DNA of 64,000 bases from Octopus sinensis. Lineage: Eukaryota. Every line of letters begins with the position of its first letter. Within the stretch, counting starts at the first letter, position 1. The DNA lies in the NCBI RefSeq assembly GCF_006345805.1, contig NC_043012.1, forward strand, positions 4,278,001-4,342,000, given 5' to 3'. Of the stretch, positions 1-13,762 are shown piece by piece. Under the pieces are notes generated by a model. It saw nothing but the letters and a program-made list of their open reading frames with translations. It was not told the DNA's origin and ran no database searches. The position numbers were made by a program, and so were the translations under genes.

Positions 1-489
1 CCACCACCATCACCACGACCACAACCACTACTATCACCACAACCAGAAACAGTAGCAACACCACCACCATCACCCTCGTTAGCACAGCAAATGATATGAG
101 TAAACAAAGGAGCCTGTCTGTGCTTACACAATCTGCTAAAAATAGTAGCTAAATCTCCATCAAACTACATCATAGTCTTGAAAAAGAAAGGGCATAATGG
201 ACAATTGCTCCAGTTAACTCCACTACAGTGAGTATCAGTCAGGGGCTGGTGCAGCCCTACCCCCCTCCAACTGTCACATTCTGGATGCAAGGGCCCAAGA
301 AGGTGTCCATGTCTTCTTATGATTGCATGGTCACCAAAAGCAATTAGTGGATGCATAACCTTGTGAGCTGCATGGTGACCTCAACAGTGCTGATAGCATG
401 AAAGAAGTATCCAGTTCACACTTTAAAAGTAGTTGGCATTAGAAAGGGCATCAAGCGGTAACATATTACAACCAGTAAGGTGGTGTACT

Positions 490-645
490 GGCAGAAACAT
501 TAGCACGCTGGCCGAAATGCTTAGCCGTATTTCGTCTGTCTTTACGTTATCAGTTCAAATTCCACTGAGTTCGACTTTACTTCTCAGCCTTTCAGGGTCG
601 ATAAATTAAGTAACCGTTGCATACTGGGGTCGATCTAATCGACTG
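490..645 (+). mobile_element. tRNA-derived SINE, family B (core AGGTCGACTTTGCCTTTCATCCTTTCGGGGTCGATAAATTAAGTACC)
   Basis: Same head and core recur at ~7255-7630, 14370-14540, 21330-21470(-), 30030-30270, 31985-32270(-), 52890-53120, 53585-54015(-, two copies), 54785-54960 and 58990-59165. Confidence 0.8.
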
Positions 646-1516
646 CTTTTGTTTAAATTCTCCTTGTGTTCTTTCTGTTCAGCCCTTGGCATATATATAT
701 ATATATAGGATCGTTTGGAGAAATACATACATCTGGAGCAGAAGCACACTCTAAGATGTAGAACAGTTAGCATTATAGCAGTCTCAGGCTACCAGTATTT
801 GGGGTCTGAAGATACGCCATAAGCCTAAACCCCTTATGAGCGAGAAACCCAGCGTAACCCCATAAACTGGCCTATTCCACTATAATGAATGTATTTGTGA
901 ATTATTTGCATTTGTTCCTTCTCCCACCACTGCTTGACACCCAGCGTTAGTTTGTCCATGTCCCTGTAACTTAGCAGTTCAACAAAAGACCCCGATAGAT
1001 ACATACCAGATTTAGAAATAAGTACAAGGGTCATTTCCTTTGACTAATTCCTTCAAGGTCATGCCCCAGAGTGGCTTCAGTTCAATTTCTGTAAAGAGTA
1101 AAAGAATCAAATAAAAAAGATAATAATGCATCTAGGACAACATTATTCTATATGTCCTTCTTTTCTTAAGTCATTAGGGTTTGATTTGCAAGGGATTTGA
1201 TTGCTATTTCTAGCAGGCAGAATGACTGTTTAGGAGTTTCTCTTATTACATGTCGCACATTGCTGTTGTTGTAGGTATTTATTTCTATTTAACCCTGAAT
1301 CATGAAATCTATGACTAACGGCAATCCAACTATGACCATCTCTTGTATTCCAGGATTACGTTATTTAACGAGTCTTCTTATTCTTATGATAGTACAATGG
1401 AATTTGAGGTAGATTTAGCTGCTATTTCATGTTGGTTAAGTGACCATACAGTTGTTGAGAGTGATGAGCATATGTGTATATGTGTGTGTGTGCATAAGCA
1501 TGTGTGTGTGCATAAG

Positions 1517-1557
<41 letters not shown>

Positions 1558-1793
1558 AATAGCATATGTGTGTGTGTTTGTGTGCACAAAACCTTCATAC
1601 CATTGTATATTTTCAACTCTGTAATTTAACAGGTGAGGGAGTTTGTAGGGTTGTGTCTTAAGAGAATATACCATGTCAGAAAGTGCTCGACAGATTCTGT
1701 TTCTGCTAAACAGCTGTTTATTTTACACATTTCACACGCACACACATGATTATTCATATATATATATATGTGTGTGTGTGTGTGCGTGTGTAT

Positions 1794-1831
<38 letters not shown>

Positions 1832-2094
1832 AGTATATATGAATCTATCTATCTATATATATATATATATATATGCTATCTGTTTAAACATAAGTATGTA
1901 TGTATATATATACATATATATGTGCGTATATATATATGTATATATTCAGATGCATACATACAAATATGTTGAATAATATATAAACACACACATATATAAA
2001 TATATCTTAATATATGTGCATATATGAATATGTGTGTATATAAATATATATACATATATATGTATAGTCTGTATATGTGTGTGCATATATGTGT

Positions 2095-2172
<78 letters not shown>

Positions 2173-2824
2173 CATATATATATATACATACATGTATATA
2201 TACATGTATGTATGTATATATGTAGGAATACACACACGTGCACACACACACACACACATATACACAATGTATTTCTATATACATATATATATATGCAAAA
2301 ATGATAAGAAGAGATTATTTCTGTTTGGTAAATGGAGAAGAGGGATGAATAAACAGCAGCAAAAGTTGGATAGAGGTGACAATGGCAGCAGCAGCAGCCG
2401 TGGTGGTGGTGGTGGTCGTGGTGGAGGGCCATGATTTCATATCTTAAGTTTAATGTCTCTCCTGCCGTGTTGTTATTAAATTATTCTCCCGATTTTCAGG
2501 CAGAAACTAAAAATTTGGTCAGGCTTGAGAACAGCCTGTTTCTTCTCAATTCTGTTTTGTCGTGTAAATGCAGTGGAGATCTGAAGGAAACACAATACAC
2601 TTTGGAATTCAATTTAGTCATCAAAGTCGTCGTCAGCGTCAGCATCATCACCATCATCGTCGTCAGCGTCAGCGTCATTGTCATCACCATGATTGTTCCA
2701 GCATCCACATTCGTCTGCTTGCACGGGTTAAACAGAATTCATTGTGGCAAGGGAGGTTCCCCTGTGGCCAGACACCTCCCCTCTCACCAACCCTCACTTG
2801 TTTCCAAGCAATGTAATGATGATG

Positions 2825-2864
<40 letters not shown>

Positions 2865-2999
2865 TAATAATAATGAAATTATTGTGTATAGTGCTCAGGT
2901 GCACTACATCTCATCAAAGGTGCATGTACAGTACGTAGAATTATGTACAAATGTCAAGAAAGTGAACAGTGTATGAGTTATGATATGCATGTGTGCATG

Positions 3000-3620
3000 T
3001 GTATGGAGGGGGGATATCAGGTGTAATGTTGGCAAATTTCAGGAAGCACGAAGGTTTTGAAGGGTGCAATGTCTCAGCAGCTAACAACTGATGCAGGTAG
3101 TTTGTTCCATGCTTCAGCAACTCTGAATGTGAAAAAATGTTTCCAAAAGTCATGGGAGCTGTGCTGCTTTCTAACTTTGTAGGCATGGCCAAATGTGTTA
3201 GACACGTGGAATTCAAAAAGGTGCTCAAGGTGGCTGTTGGCACAATGGTTAATAATTTTGTGGGTGTTTACCAAGTCAGTTGCCAGATGTCAGAGCTTCA
3301 ATATTTCCTTATCCAGGGAAGCAAGGTGTTCAGAGTATGGTAGATACTTGATGAAGAGTATTCACTTGGTTGCGCATCTCTGAACAGTTTCCAGGAGATG
3401 AATGTTCTGAGCAAGATAGGGATTCCAGACAAGTAATGCAAATTCCAAGTGTGGCCACACCATAGCCATATACAGTTTTAAATAGAGAGCTGGAGAGCGG
3501 CTGACAAAGGTTATTCTGAGTGCTGCCAAGACACCCTCGGCCTTCTTGACAACTTTAGAGATATGCTTTGTCCAGCACAAATCGTTGCTGACTGTAATGC
3601 CCAGGTCACGTTCACAAGAA
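3000..3620 (-). mobile_element. CR1-clade LINE ORF2 3' remnant
   Basis: Minus-strand translation HISKVVKKAEGVLAALR..YLKLY..VWPHLEF..VWNPY..LLETVQRCATK..FFTFRVAEAWNKLP matches the CR1/L2-type post-RT C-terminus; contains stops. Confidence 0.85.
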
Positions 3621-4071
3621 TATTTCTTGATGTTTTCCCATTCTTTCTTTTTTATTCTTTTTACTTGTTTCTGTCATTAGACTGAGGCCATGCTGTAGCA
3701 CCACCGTAAAGAGTTGTAGTCGAAGAAACTGACCCCAAGGCTTATTCTTTGTAAGCCTGGTACTTATTCTATTGGTCTGTTTTGTCCAATTGCTAAGTTA
3801 GAAGGACGTAAACACGACAACATCAATTGTCAAGTGATGGTGGGGGAACAAACTCAGACACAAACACACGCATGTTATATCCTTAAAATGCTGGATTGTT
3901 ATCCACTTCGATATACAGTATACATAGTAAAACCAGTAAAGACATGACTATCTCTGACTGCCTACTATGTACTCTGGTCCTTCATGTACTTCATTTATAA
4001 TGACTAGGTTATTCCATTCATCACATGGGAGGGATGTACCATTATTACTAATTTTCTACAACAATATATAT

Positions 4072-4265
4072 ATCATCATCATCATCATCATCATTTAGCG
4101 TCTGTTTTCCATGCTAGCATGGGTTGGACGGTTCAACTGGGGTCTGTGAAGCTGGAAAGCTTCATCAGGCCCAGTCTGATCTGGCAGTGTTTCTACGGCT
4201 AGATGCCCTTTCTAACGCCAACCACTCCGTGAGTGTAGTGGGTGCTTTTTACGTGCCACCCGCAC
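4072..4265 (-). mobile_element. RTE LINE (or RTE-tailed SINE) 3' end with (GAT)n tail
   Basis: (CAT)n-CGTTTA(A/G)CGTC..CCATGCTAGCATGGGTTGG..CTGGATGCCCTTCCTAACGCC module. The same module adjoins RTE coding sequence at 17205-18105, 19670-20642 and 29255-29935. Other copies: ~7950-8348(+), 21755-22020(-), 23080-23525(-), 26515-26760(-), 32300-32580(-), 36325-36465(-), 38260-38530(+), 44950-45200(-), 45480-45715(+). Confidence 0.8.
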
Positions 4266-4554
4266 ATATTTATATATATGTATACACAGTGGTTTTCTTT
4301 TAGATTCTGTCTAACAAATCCACCCACAAGGATTTGATCTGCCCGAGACTATAGTAGAAGACACTTACTCATGGTGCCATGATGTGGAACTGAACCCAGA
4401 ACCATGTGGTTGGAAAGCTTCTTACCACACAGCCATGCCTGTGTCTGGTCAAGCATGTTTTTCAAAAATACTGGAAATAAACAGCATTGTTTTTAGGATG
4501 ATTAAGCTCGTTTACAGCGATCACATGATGCTAAGAGAAAAAACAACCCCCGCC

Positions 4555-4950
4555 ATACATATTCATACATATATACATACATACATACATAAATATATAC
4601 ATGCATACATACATGCATGCATACATACATACATACATACATGCATGCATACATACATACATACATACATACATGCATGCATACATACATACATACATAC
4701 ATGCATGCATACATACATACATACATATGCATACATACATACATACATAAATATATACATGCATACATACATGCATGCATACATACATACATACATACAT
4801 ACATACATACATACATAAATATATACATACATACATACACACACATACATACATACATACATACATACGTACGTAAATACATACATACATACATACATAC
4901 ATACATACATACATGCATACATAAATATATACATGCATACACATATGTAA
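4555..4950. repeat. (TACA)n/(TGCA) compound microsatellite
   Basis: Directly visible tetranucleotide array; a similar (TATG)n array lies at 34890-35260. Confidence 0.95.
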
Positions 4951-5055
4951 AAACGAATGTGCATCGATATGTTGTATTGGATAAATGAATGATAAAGAAG
5001 AATATTAATTAATTATTAAGGCTGCCATTTATTTTTATGATTATTATGTTAATCA

Positions 5056-5158
5056 TTGCAATATAGAAAATACAACATCGTTGATGTGTTGTGTGTACAC
5101 AAGTTGTTTGTCACTGCAATAAAGAAATTGTCTCTAGCTGCATGGTCTGTTGTGTATG
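5056..5158 (+). CDS. Candidate internal exon of an unidentified host gene (KYNIVDVLCVHKLFVTAIKKLSLAAWSVVY)
   Basis: Acceptor tgcaatatag|, a single open frame and consensus donor G|GTAAGC in non-repetitive sequence. No recognisable homology. Confidence 0.3.
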
Positions 5159-5482
5159 GTAAGCTTCATTTGTGAGTTACTACTAAAGAAAGATAAAGTC
5201 AAAAAATCTAAATAAGTCGAAAGGGTGATAAATCTATTTTTGCACATTGGTCAACATACTGAGGGAGTTGCTCTTTGACCAGGGACCGATTAACCCTAAG
5301 AGAAAGAAAAAGGTATTTGGTTTCATGTAATTATATTCTTTGTTGCTAAATTAGGTCAAATGGAAACAAAGTCTTTCTCCTCTTTAATCAGCTTAGAATG
5401 ATGAATGCCTTGAGAAAGATCAAGAGGTCAGCCTATTCTCATAAATTTCTGAGGGCAATAGGCTAAAACAATAGGCTGATGA

Positions 5483-5721
5483 CTTACTCTTTTACTCTTT
5501 TACTTGTTTCAGTCATTTGACTGTAGCCATGCTGGAACACCGGCTTTAGTCGAGCAAATCAACCCTAGGACTTACTCTTTGTAAGCCTAGTACTTATTCT
5601 ATCGGTCTCTTTTGCCGAACCGCTAAGTTATGGGAATGTAAACACACCAGCATCGGTTGTCAAGCGAGGTTTGGGGGACAAACAAAGACACACAAATATA
5701 TACACATACACATACATACAT

Positions 5722-5782
<61 letters not shown>

Positions 5783-6028
5783 AAGTTAATCCAAACAAGA
5801 AAACAAAAAACAACAACGCAAGGATGTGGAACAAATAAAGTATTATTGGACGCTCAGGAAAGAAGGGAAGAAGGGGACTGCTTTCAGTTTCTGTCTACCA
5901 AATCTTCTCACAAGGCTTTGGTTGGCCTGAGGCTATAGTAGAAGACACTTTCCCAAGGTGCCACGCAGTGGAACTGAACCTGGAACCATGTGGTTGGTAA
6001 GCAAGCTACTTACCACACAGCCACTCCT
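5483..6028 (-). mobile_element. Dominant tRNA-headed SINE, family A, with internal microsatellite
   Basis: Head GGAGTGGCTGTGTGGTAAG..GGTTCAGTCCCAC (A/B-box-like), central (TA)/(TG)/(TACA) tract and tail (AAGAGTA)n; recurs many times in the window. Confidence 0.9.
5782..5878 (-). mobile_element. Short repeat nested in a (TA)n tract, probably a Penelope-like element terminus
   Basis: AAAGTTAATCCAAACAAGAAAACAAAAAAAC..GGACGCTCAGGAAAGAAGGGAAGAAGG follows a (TA)n run; a near-identical copy is at 36628-36725. The family assignment is inference. Confidence 0.5.
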
Positions 6029-6791
6029 AGTTGTGGAAAAAATATGGATAAGTTTTCGAATCCTAGCTTAGAAAGTTGGTAGCTATTTACCACATAACTT
6101 TCCTTTGTCAAATTTGTCGAGCTATCCATCCATCCATCCATCTACCCCACCCCAACACATTTATATATATTTCTGTAATTGACATTAGCAATTTGCGAGG
6201 TAGATATAGATAGATAGATAGATAGATAGACAGAAAGTACATATACATGACCTAATAACCTATATTCAAAGTAATTTTCACAGCAATTCTAAGCATATTC
6301 CCTATACACTTAATAGATTATAGCGCAATACATTATTTTCTTTTTCTGTGGACCTTTGTGGCCCTCTGACTTGGTGACCCTGACAAATTGTCCCATGGGG
6401 AGGGAAGAGTTAGAAATGTGTGAAATTTAAATGAAAATTAATTTTTATTGAGAGAAATATTCAAATGGAAATGTATATATTTCTAGATATACCTCTTTTG
6501 TCCACTAATGCCAAGCACGATGACAGACAAATGTACCAATCGTTACATTAATTATAGAATTACACAACATTGTTCCATTAATTATATCACTGATCTTTTC
6601 AGGGATACTATGACTGTTGGGGTTACGCCCTTCTCTACTCTTAAGGTGCAAGATAGGTTTCCATTAATGGCTTCTGGCTTGAAGCCGCTTGGGAGACACC
6701 CGTGTCAGTTGATTAAATAAATCTCAGTACTTTATACATGCATATGTACATACATACATGCATGCATGCATACATACATACATACATTCAC

Positions 6792-6822
<31 letters not shown>

Positions 6823-6928
6823 CATACATACATACATACATACATACAAACATGCATATATGAGTGGATTTGGGAGAGATGGAAACTAAAAGAAGCCCAT
6901 TATATATGTGTATGCTTGAATGTGTATA

Positions 6929-6971
<43 letters not shown>

Positions 6972-7845
6972 CAGTCATGGCCAAAAGTTTGGAACATTTT
7001 AAAAAATTGTCATGGGCATTTAATATAAAAATTCTAATTGTGTTTGTGTTGTCCCCCATCACTGCTTTACAACCAGTGTTGGTGTGTTTGCATCTCTGTA
7101 ACTTGGTGGTTCAGCAAAAGAGATTGACACAATAAGTACCAGGCTTAAAACAATAAGCCCCGGGGTCAATTCATTCAACTAAAAGTTCTTCAAGGCGGTG
7201 CCCCAGCATGGTCGCAGTCTCATGACTCAAACAAGTAAAAGATAGAAGATAAAAGATGCTGGGTAAATGCTTAGCAGCGTTTCATTTGTCTTTACATTCT
7301 GAGTTCAAATTCCACTGAGGTTGACTTTGCCTTTCATCCTTTTGGTGTTGATAAAATAAGTTACAGTTGAGCCCTACGGTCAATGCGATTGACTTACCCA
7401 CTTCCCTAAAATTGCTGGCCTTGTGCCAGTATTTGAAACCAATGTGCAACCTGGCAAAATCATTAACATACCAGGCAAATGCTTCATGACATTTTGTCTG
7501 TCTTTGTGATTGGAGTTCAAATTTTGCTGAGGTCAATAAAATAAGTACCAGCTAAGTACTGAAGTCAAAGTAATTGATTTACCCTTCCCCTGAAAATGAT
7601 GGCCTTGTGCCAAAATTTGAAACCAGTATTTGTGACCTGTTTAAGTTAGAAAGGGACAGGGATCCCATTTATATTCTGATCCCTGTCCCTTGTGAATATG
7701 CCTGGTACTTTGCCACCATCTCTTTTCTGCTGCCTCCCACTCTCTCTCTCTCTCTCCTTCTACACTTCCTGCAAGTTGGGTAACCATATATTCCATTTTC
7801 AGCTGTGCGCCTGTTTCTGTCTTCATTCCTGATCTCTTTCACTCA

Positions 7846-7888
<43 letters not shown>

Positions 7889-8303
7889 GACAGGTAACCA
7901 TGTACCTCCTCTACAACAAAACACCTGTTCCTGTCTCTCTGTCTCACTATAACCTTTCATCATCCGACACAAGGTCACCTTCTCCAAAAGAGTTTTTCCG
8001 TCTTGCAAGTACTTGGAGACCCTGTCAGTGCAGGAGCCACTTAAAAAGTGCTCAGTCCGCACTGTAAAGTGGTTGATGTTAGGAAGGGCATCCAGCTGTA
8101 AAAACCTTGCCAAAACTGACCTTGCCTGTGCTTGTGCCATGAAAAAAGCATTAAGCCCTCTCTGCTGAGTGGTTGGCATTTGGAAGGGCATCCAGTTGTA
8201 AAAATCCTGCCAAAACAATTACAAAAGTCTGGTGCAGGCCTCTGCCTGGCTGGCTCTTGTCAAACTGTTCTACCCATGCTAGCATGGAAGGCGGATGTTA
8301 AAC

Positions 8304-8349
<46 letters not shown>

Positions 8350-9137
8350 CTGTAGTACCTTATAGTATTACATTGTGGATAGCAGAATTAATAGTGTCAT
8401 TTAAAATGCTTTGATGTCTTTCATTAAGATTCCTGCTTGTTTGGAATTTAAATACTGCCATAAACAATGAAATTAAAAACAAAAAACAATATCAGTTATA
8501 TATTAATTATTAGAATAATCAATTATCTCCCTACCCATAGTTTTATGACCTTGTGCTAATTAATATAAGAAATTATTATATTACCTTATGGCTTCCAAAA
8601 AATGAATCTCAATTTTTTTTCCTTGTACTTTTAAGTTCTCTCTTTGAGTGAATTCAAGTAGAAATTCATTCATTTTAATTGAACGAGTTTAAACTAGAAT
8701 AACCACGTCTTTCACATTAATTTTCACTATTTTCCCCTCCTCTCAATCTTGGCATCGATCTCTCTCTCTCTCTCTCTCTCTCCTTTCTCCCTCTCTCTTT
8801 TTCTCATTTGCTCAATTTCCTGTTTCTCTCTTGCTTTCTTTTCCTTGAACTTTCTCTCTCTCTCTTCCTCTTTATTTCTTTCTTTTTTCCTCTTGCCACC
8901 CTCCTGTCTTCATCCCTCTTTGTCCTTTTCTCTACACCTTTCTGCACATTCCCCTCTCCCATCTTATCTCCTTTTTATTCTTTTTCTCATAGCTGAGACC
9001 CTTACAGGTGCTACCACTCCAGGCCAGAGTAGACTTGGGAACAATAGTGGCCAAGAGGTGGTTCCACACTCCTCAAACCCTGAAACCAGGGCCCCAGGGT
9101 CCCACTACCGGATGTAGTTTATAGTCATAGCCAGGAC

Positions 9138-10105
9138 CAGGTGTTGGAGTTGTATGGAGTAGATGGTAGATTGTTGAGAGCTATTCAGAGTTTTTATAGG
9201 GAAAGTAGGGTATGTGCTAGGGTGGGTGGTGAAGTAAGTGAGTGGTTTGATGTAAAGGTGGGGGTAAGACAAGGTTGTGTTATGTCTCTGTGGCTGTTGT
9301 CTCCCATCCAGCCGATACCTGTGGCTGGATGGGATTCTGGCTTCTAAGAATAGATGTTCAGAGGATCTCTGGCCCTTCGAAAGATATGAGAGGAACTTAG
9401 GAACTACACCAGGATCTACATGGCTAACAACAGATGATGAGAGGAGCTCAAGATCCACAACAGACATACTTGACATTTTCAAAATGGACATCAACTAACA
9501 AAATAGCCAGAGGTCATCTTGAAAACACCAAAATAGGTGTAATTAAAATAAATATATTGACCTAAAGGAAATAAATCAAAAGAACCAACAGTAGGAATCT
9601 TGTTAAAACCTGTTGTTGGTGATGTACTGAATGAGGAATTGAAAAAAAGGGGCTAAGACAAGGTTGTGTGATGTCTCCATGGCTGTTGTCTCCCATCCAG
9701 CCTACACCTGTGGCTGGATGGGAGTCTGGCTTCTTTTTATAGGGAAAGTAGGACATGCACTAGAGTGGGTGGTGAAGTAAGTGAGTGGTTTGATGTGAAG
9801 GTGGGGCTAAGACAAGGTTGTGTGATGTCTCCGTGGCTGTTTAATTTATATATGGATGGTGTGGTGAGAGAGGTAAATGCTAGAGCCCTTGGTAGAGGAG
9901 CGCAAATGGTGGGAGCAAATGGAGAGAAATGACAGGTGAGTCAGTTGTTGTTTGTAGATAATACAGTACTGGTGGTGGATTTGGAAGAGCAACTGAGGAG
10001 ACTGGTGGTAGAGTTTGAAAGAGTGTGTGAGAGGAGGAAACTGAGAGTGAATGTAGCTGAGAGTAAGGTGATGAGATGTTTGAGAGATGGAATGGATGAT
10101 GTTAC
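9138..10105 (+). mobile_element. RTE-clade LINE reverse transcriptase remnant, internally duplicated
   Basis: VLELYGVDGRLLRAIQSFYRESRVCARVGGEVSEWFDVKVGVRQGCVMS, then GLRQGCVMSPWLFNLYMDGVVREVN..SQLLFVDNTVLV (degenerate FADD)..VCERRKLRVNV. Confidence 0.9.
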
Positions 10106-11868
10106 TCAAAGGGGTAGAGAACCAGCATGATGTGGCAGGGGTAAACCAGCATATGCTGTCGATATTAACAGGGATGTAAACAAACCAAAACCAGTTGTCA
10201 AGAAATTGTTGGAGTGCAGGCAAACACATATATATGCACACATACACCCACACACGCATAAAACATTAACACATGGGTGCAGGAGTGGCTGTGTGGTAAG
10301 CAGCTCGCTTACCAACCACATATCTGCTGATATTGGGGGTTGCGTTCTGTACCTTGACCCGAGCACAGCACGGGGCTCACCTCTTTGAGCTGGGAAATGA
10401 ATGAAATGTCTGGTGTGTGTCTTGTTGTTGCAACCCTTTCCTAAAAAAAAAAAAATGGGTAATAGGCTTTTGTATATGTATGTTATTGTAACAAGAGTTG
10501 TTTGAGGAAAATTTTGTTGCTATTTCTAACAGTCGATTGATTACATAGAATAGAGGTTCTCTCATATTGGCTGGCACATGGATTGTTATTCATCTAGCAT
10601 CTGTTATTTCCTTGAATAACAAAAATTTTTCAAAAGGTTTTGCTTTTGCTAAATCAACCCCACCCACATATTTTGGAACACCTTGCTCTTGGAGGTAATT
10701 AAAAGAAAAATTTTCCTTTGTTTTGTGATATTCCTGCTTTCCTCTGTCCCCCCCCACCTTATTCATCTATCTTAACCCTACCCCCTCCTCTTTCAGTAGC
10801 AGGAACTCACCTACTTCCCCACCCTCTTACCTACTCTCTCTACAGTTCTTCCTCCCACTTCAACTCTCACCCCTCTCTCAACTATGGCTCTTGCTCTCTT
10901 CTCTCTACATGCCATGTAGGCATACATACAAACACTCACAACAAATACATGTATACACTACCATACACATATGCATACATACATACATACATACATACAT
11001 ACATACATACATACATACATACATACATACATACCATACATACCATACACACACACATATATACCATCATATATATAATCTATATACATGAGTGTGCGTG
11101 TATGTGTGTAATACAATACCATACACGCACACATACACCATCATACACACGGTTATATACACATCTGCAGTTCATTGTGATTTACTACCTTTCTTTTTTG
11201 TTTGTTTGTTTGTTTCTTCTTTCTTTCTTTCTTTCTTGCTTGCTTGCTTACTTTTTTCTTTCTTTTTTCATTTTTCTCTCATACACCCATTCTCATCTCA
11301 TCTCCCTACACACACACACACCACCACCACCACCACCATCTCGACCACCACCATCTCGACCACCACCATTACAACCACCACCGCCGCCACCACCACCACC
11401 ACCACCACCACCACCACCACCATCATTGCCATTACCACCATTGCCACTACATGTACTTCCAACTGTCTAACTCGTAATTTAACAAACCATTTAATTAACT
11501 TTAATTTCTTCACAAATAAAATAATGCTGGCCATTCCCTGTTTTAATCATTTACAATTATCTTTAGACTCTGACACAGGGCCAAGAGGTCAGATCAGGTC
11601 ATCTCAGGAAAGGTCATTGGCTCAAAGTGAATGCCAACCTCCAAGTAACAATCGGATGTTCGGGGTTTATTTTTTGTGGGTGGGGTTTAGGGAGCTAAGA
11701 TAAAAGTGCAGTATGCATTTCACACTAATATGCATTCTCACATGTGCATGCATGCATGCACACACACACACACACATAGAAAGCCCATCCATATATGCAT
11801 ACATGCATTCACACACACACATAGTTTATGTGTGTGTGTGTGTGTGCGTGTGTGTGTAAGTATGTCTT

Positions 11869-12271
11869 TTACTCTTTTACTTGTTTCAGTCATTTGACTG
11901 TGGCCATGCTGGAGCACCACCTTTAGTCGAGCAAATTGATCCCAGGACTTATTCTTTGTAAGCCTAATGCTTATTCTATCGGTCTCTTTTGCCGAACCAC
12001 TAAGTGACGGGGACGTAAACACACCAGCATTGGTTGTCAAGCGATGTTGGGGGGACAAACACAGACACACAAACACACACACACATATATATACATATAC
12101 ATATATATGATGGGCTTCTTTCAGTTTCTGTCTACCAAATCCACTCACAAGGCTTTGGTCGGCCCGAGGCTACAGTAGAAGACACTTGCCCAAGGTGCCA
12201 CGCAGTGGGACTGAACCCGAAACCATGTGGTTGGTAAGCAAGCTGCTTACCACACAGCCACTCCTGCACCT
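11869..12271 (-). mobile_element. SINE family A full-length copy
   Basis: Complete head-microsatellite-tail structure. Further copies: 13453-13925(-), 24395-25215(+, split/duplicated), 27267-27691(+), 30648-30985(+), 33955-34450(+), 36739-37146(+), 37395-37600(+, 3' half), 43238-43632(-), 60446-60826(+). Confidence 0.9.
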
Positions 12272-12619
12272 ATATGTTTATGTTTTATGCGTATTTGTGT
12301 GTGTATGTGTTTATGTTTTATGTATGTATGCATGTGTATAAGTATGTATTTATGTTTGAGGTATGTGTGTGTGTGGGTGTATGCATGCATATACATGTGT
12401 TTGCCTGCTCCCCAACAATTTCTTGACAACTGGTGTTGGTTTGTTTACATCCCTGTTAATCAGAAGTTCAATGAAAGAAATCAATAGGATAAGTACAAGA
12501 TTTATAAGAATATATACTGGGGTCAGTTTGTTTGACCAAATTCCTTGCAAGGCTGTGCAACAGAATAGCTATGGTCCAATGATTGAAGTAAGTAAAAAAT
12601 ATTAAAAAAAGATTATAAA

Positions 12620-13060
12620 ACATGGCCTAGGCACCTCAGGATTCTCCTCTCAGCTTGAACCATCAGGGGTGGACAGAGGAGATGGTAAAAGGCTAGATGG
12701 CATGACAATTTTTCTGTTCACAGGGGTAAGCCCTTTATGTGGGATGCTATGTGCTGTGCCACCTCCAGCATCCACCTGGTGTGTTTGGCTGCCAGCCTGA
12801 GCTTCACTGCTTGTCAATCTGAGAAGGGCAAATTGACAAAGCATCAACTCCTCTCTCTGAGAGATTTGGGGTTGATCTTATGGCAATGGAGATCTCTGGT
12901 GTTCTTGCCCCTCAAACCCTGACTGTAACCCTACTCACTGTTGTGAGGGAAAAAACTGGATATTCACAAGTGCAAGCCCTGTGAATTGGAGGGGATGTTC
13001 CAGTATGTTACCCTTACCATCCTCCAGAGCAATGCCTATTCTGTTTTGTCCAATGGGACT
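12620..13060 (+). mobile_element. CRE-type non-LTR retrotransposon remnant (restriction-like endonuclease domain)
   Basis: QLEPSGVDRGDGKRLDGMT..KPFMWDAMC..SEKGKLTKH..MAMEISGVLAP..ILQSNA parallels the RLE motif EP.GL.R.DGKRPDG.T..WD.TC..K..KY..AVET.G..IQRGNA; frameshifted. Confidence 0.8.
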
Positions 13061-13164
13061 GTGAAGGGGGACTGATACGTCTTAGATATAATGTCTATTA
13101 ACTCAGCATTCTACCCTTTCCAAATTACTTATAAATACAACAATGACAGCCACAGCAACAACAA

Positions 13165-13679
13165 CAACAAAAGAAAGATCACCTTGCGATTGGGCGACCC
13201 TGACATACTTTTTTTATGGTTGCTGCAATGCTGACCCAACGCACTAAATAGTGAGTGCTTGCTTGTTTTAATATTGTAGTTGCGCGCCCACATTTCATCA
13301 CCTGTCAAAACTCTTCCCATAAAAATTTCACCAGTATTTAAATGATCAAGTATTTTCTGACTGATTCTGAATCAATCTCTCCTTTTGTTCAACTGTTGGC
13401 AAACATGACAATAATTTTTGACACAACTACGCCTTTCCTTTTGAAATCGTGTACTCTTTACTCTTTTACTTGTTTCAGTCATGTGACTGTGGCCATGGTG
13501 GAGTACCACCTTTGGTCGAGCAAATCGACCCCAGGACTTATTCTTTATAAGCCTAGTACTTATTCTATCGGTCTCTCTTGCCGAACCGCTAAGTTATGGG
13601 GACATAAACACACCAGCATCGGTTATCAAGCAATGTTGTAGGGACAAACACAGACACACAAACATATACACCCACATAC

Positions 13680-13762
<83 letters not shown>

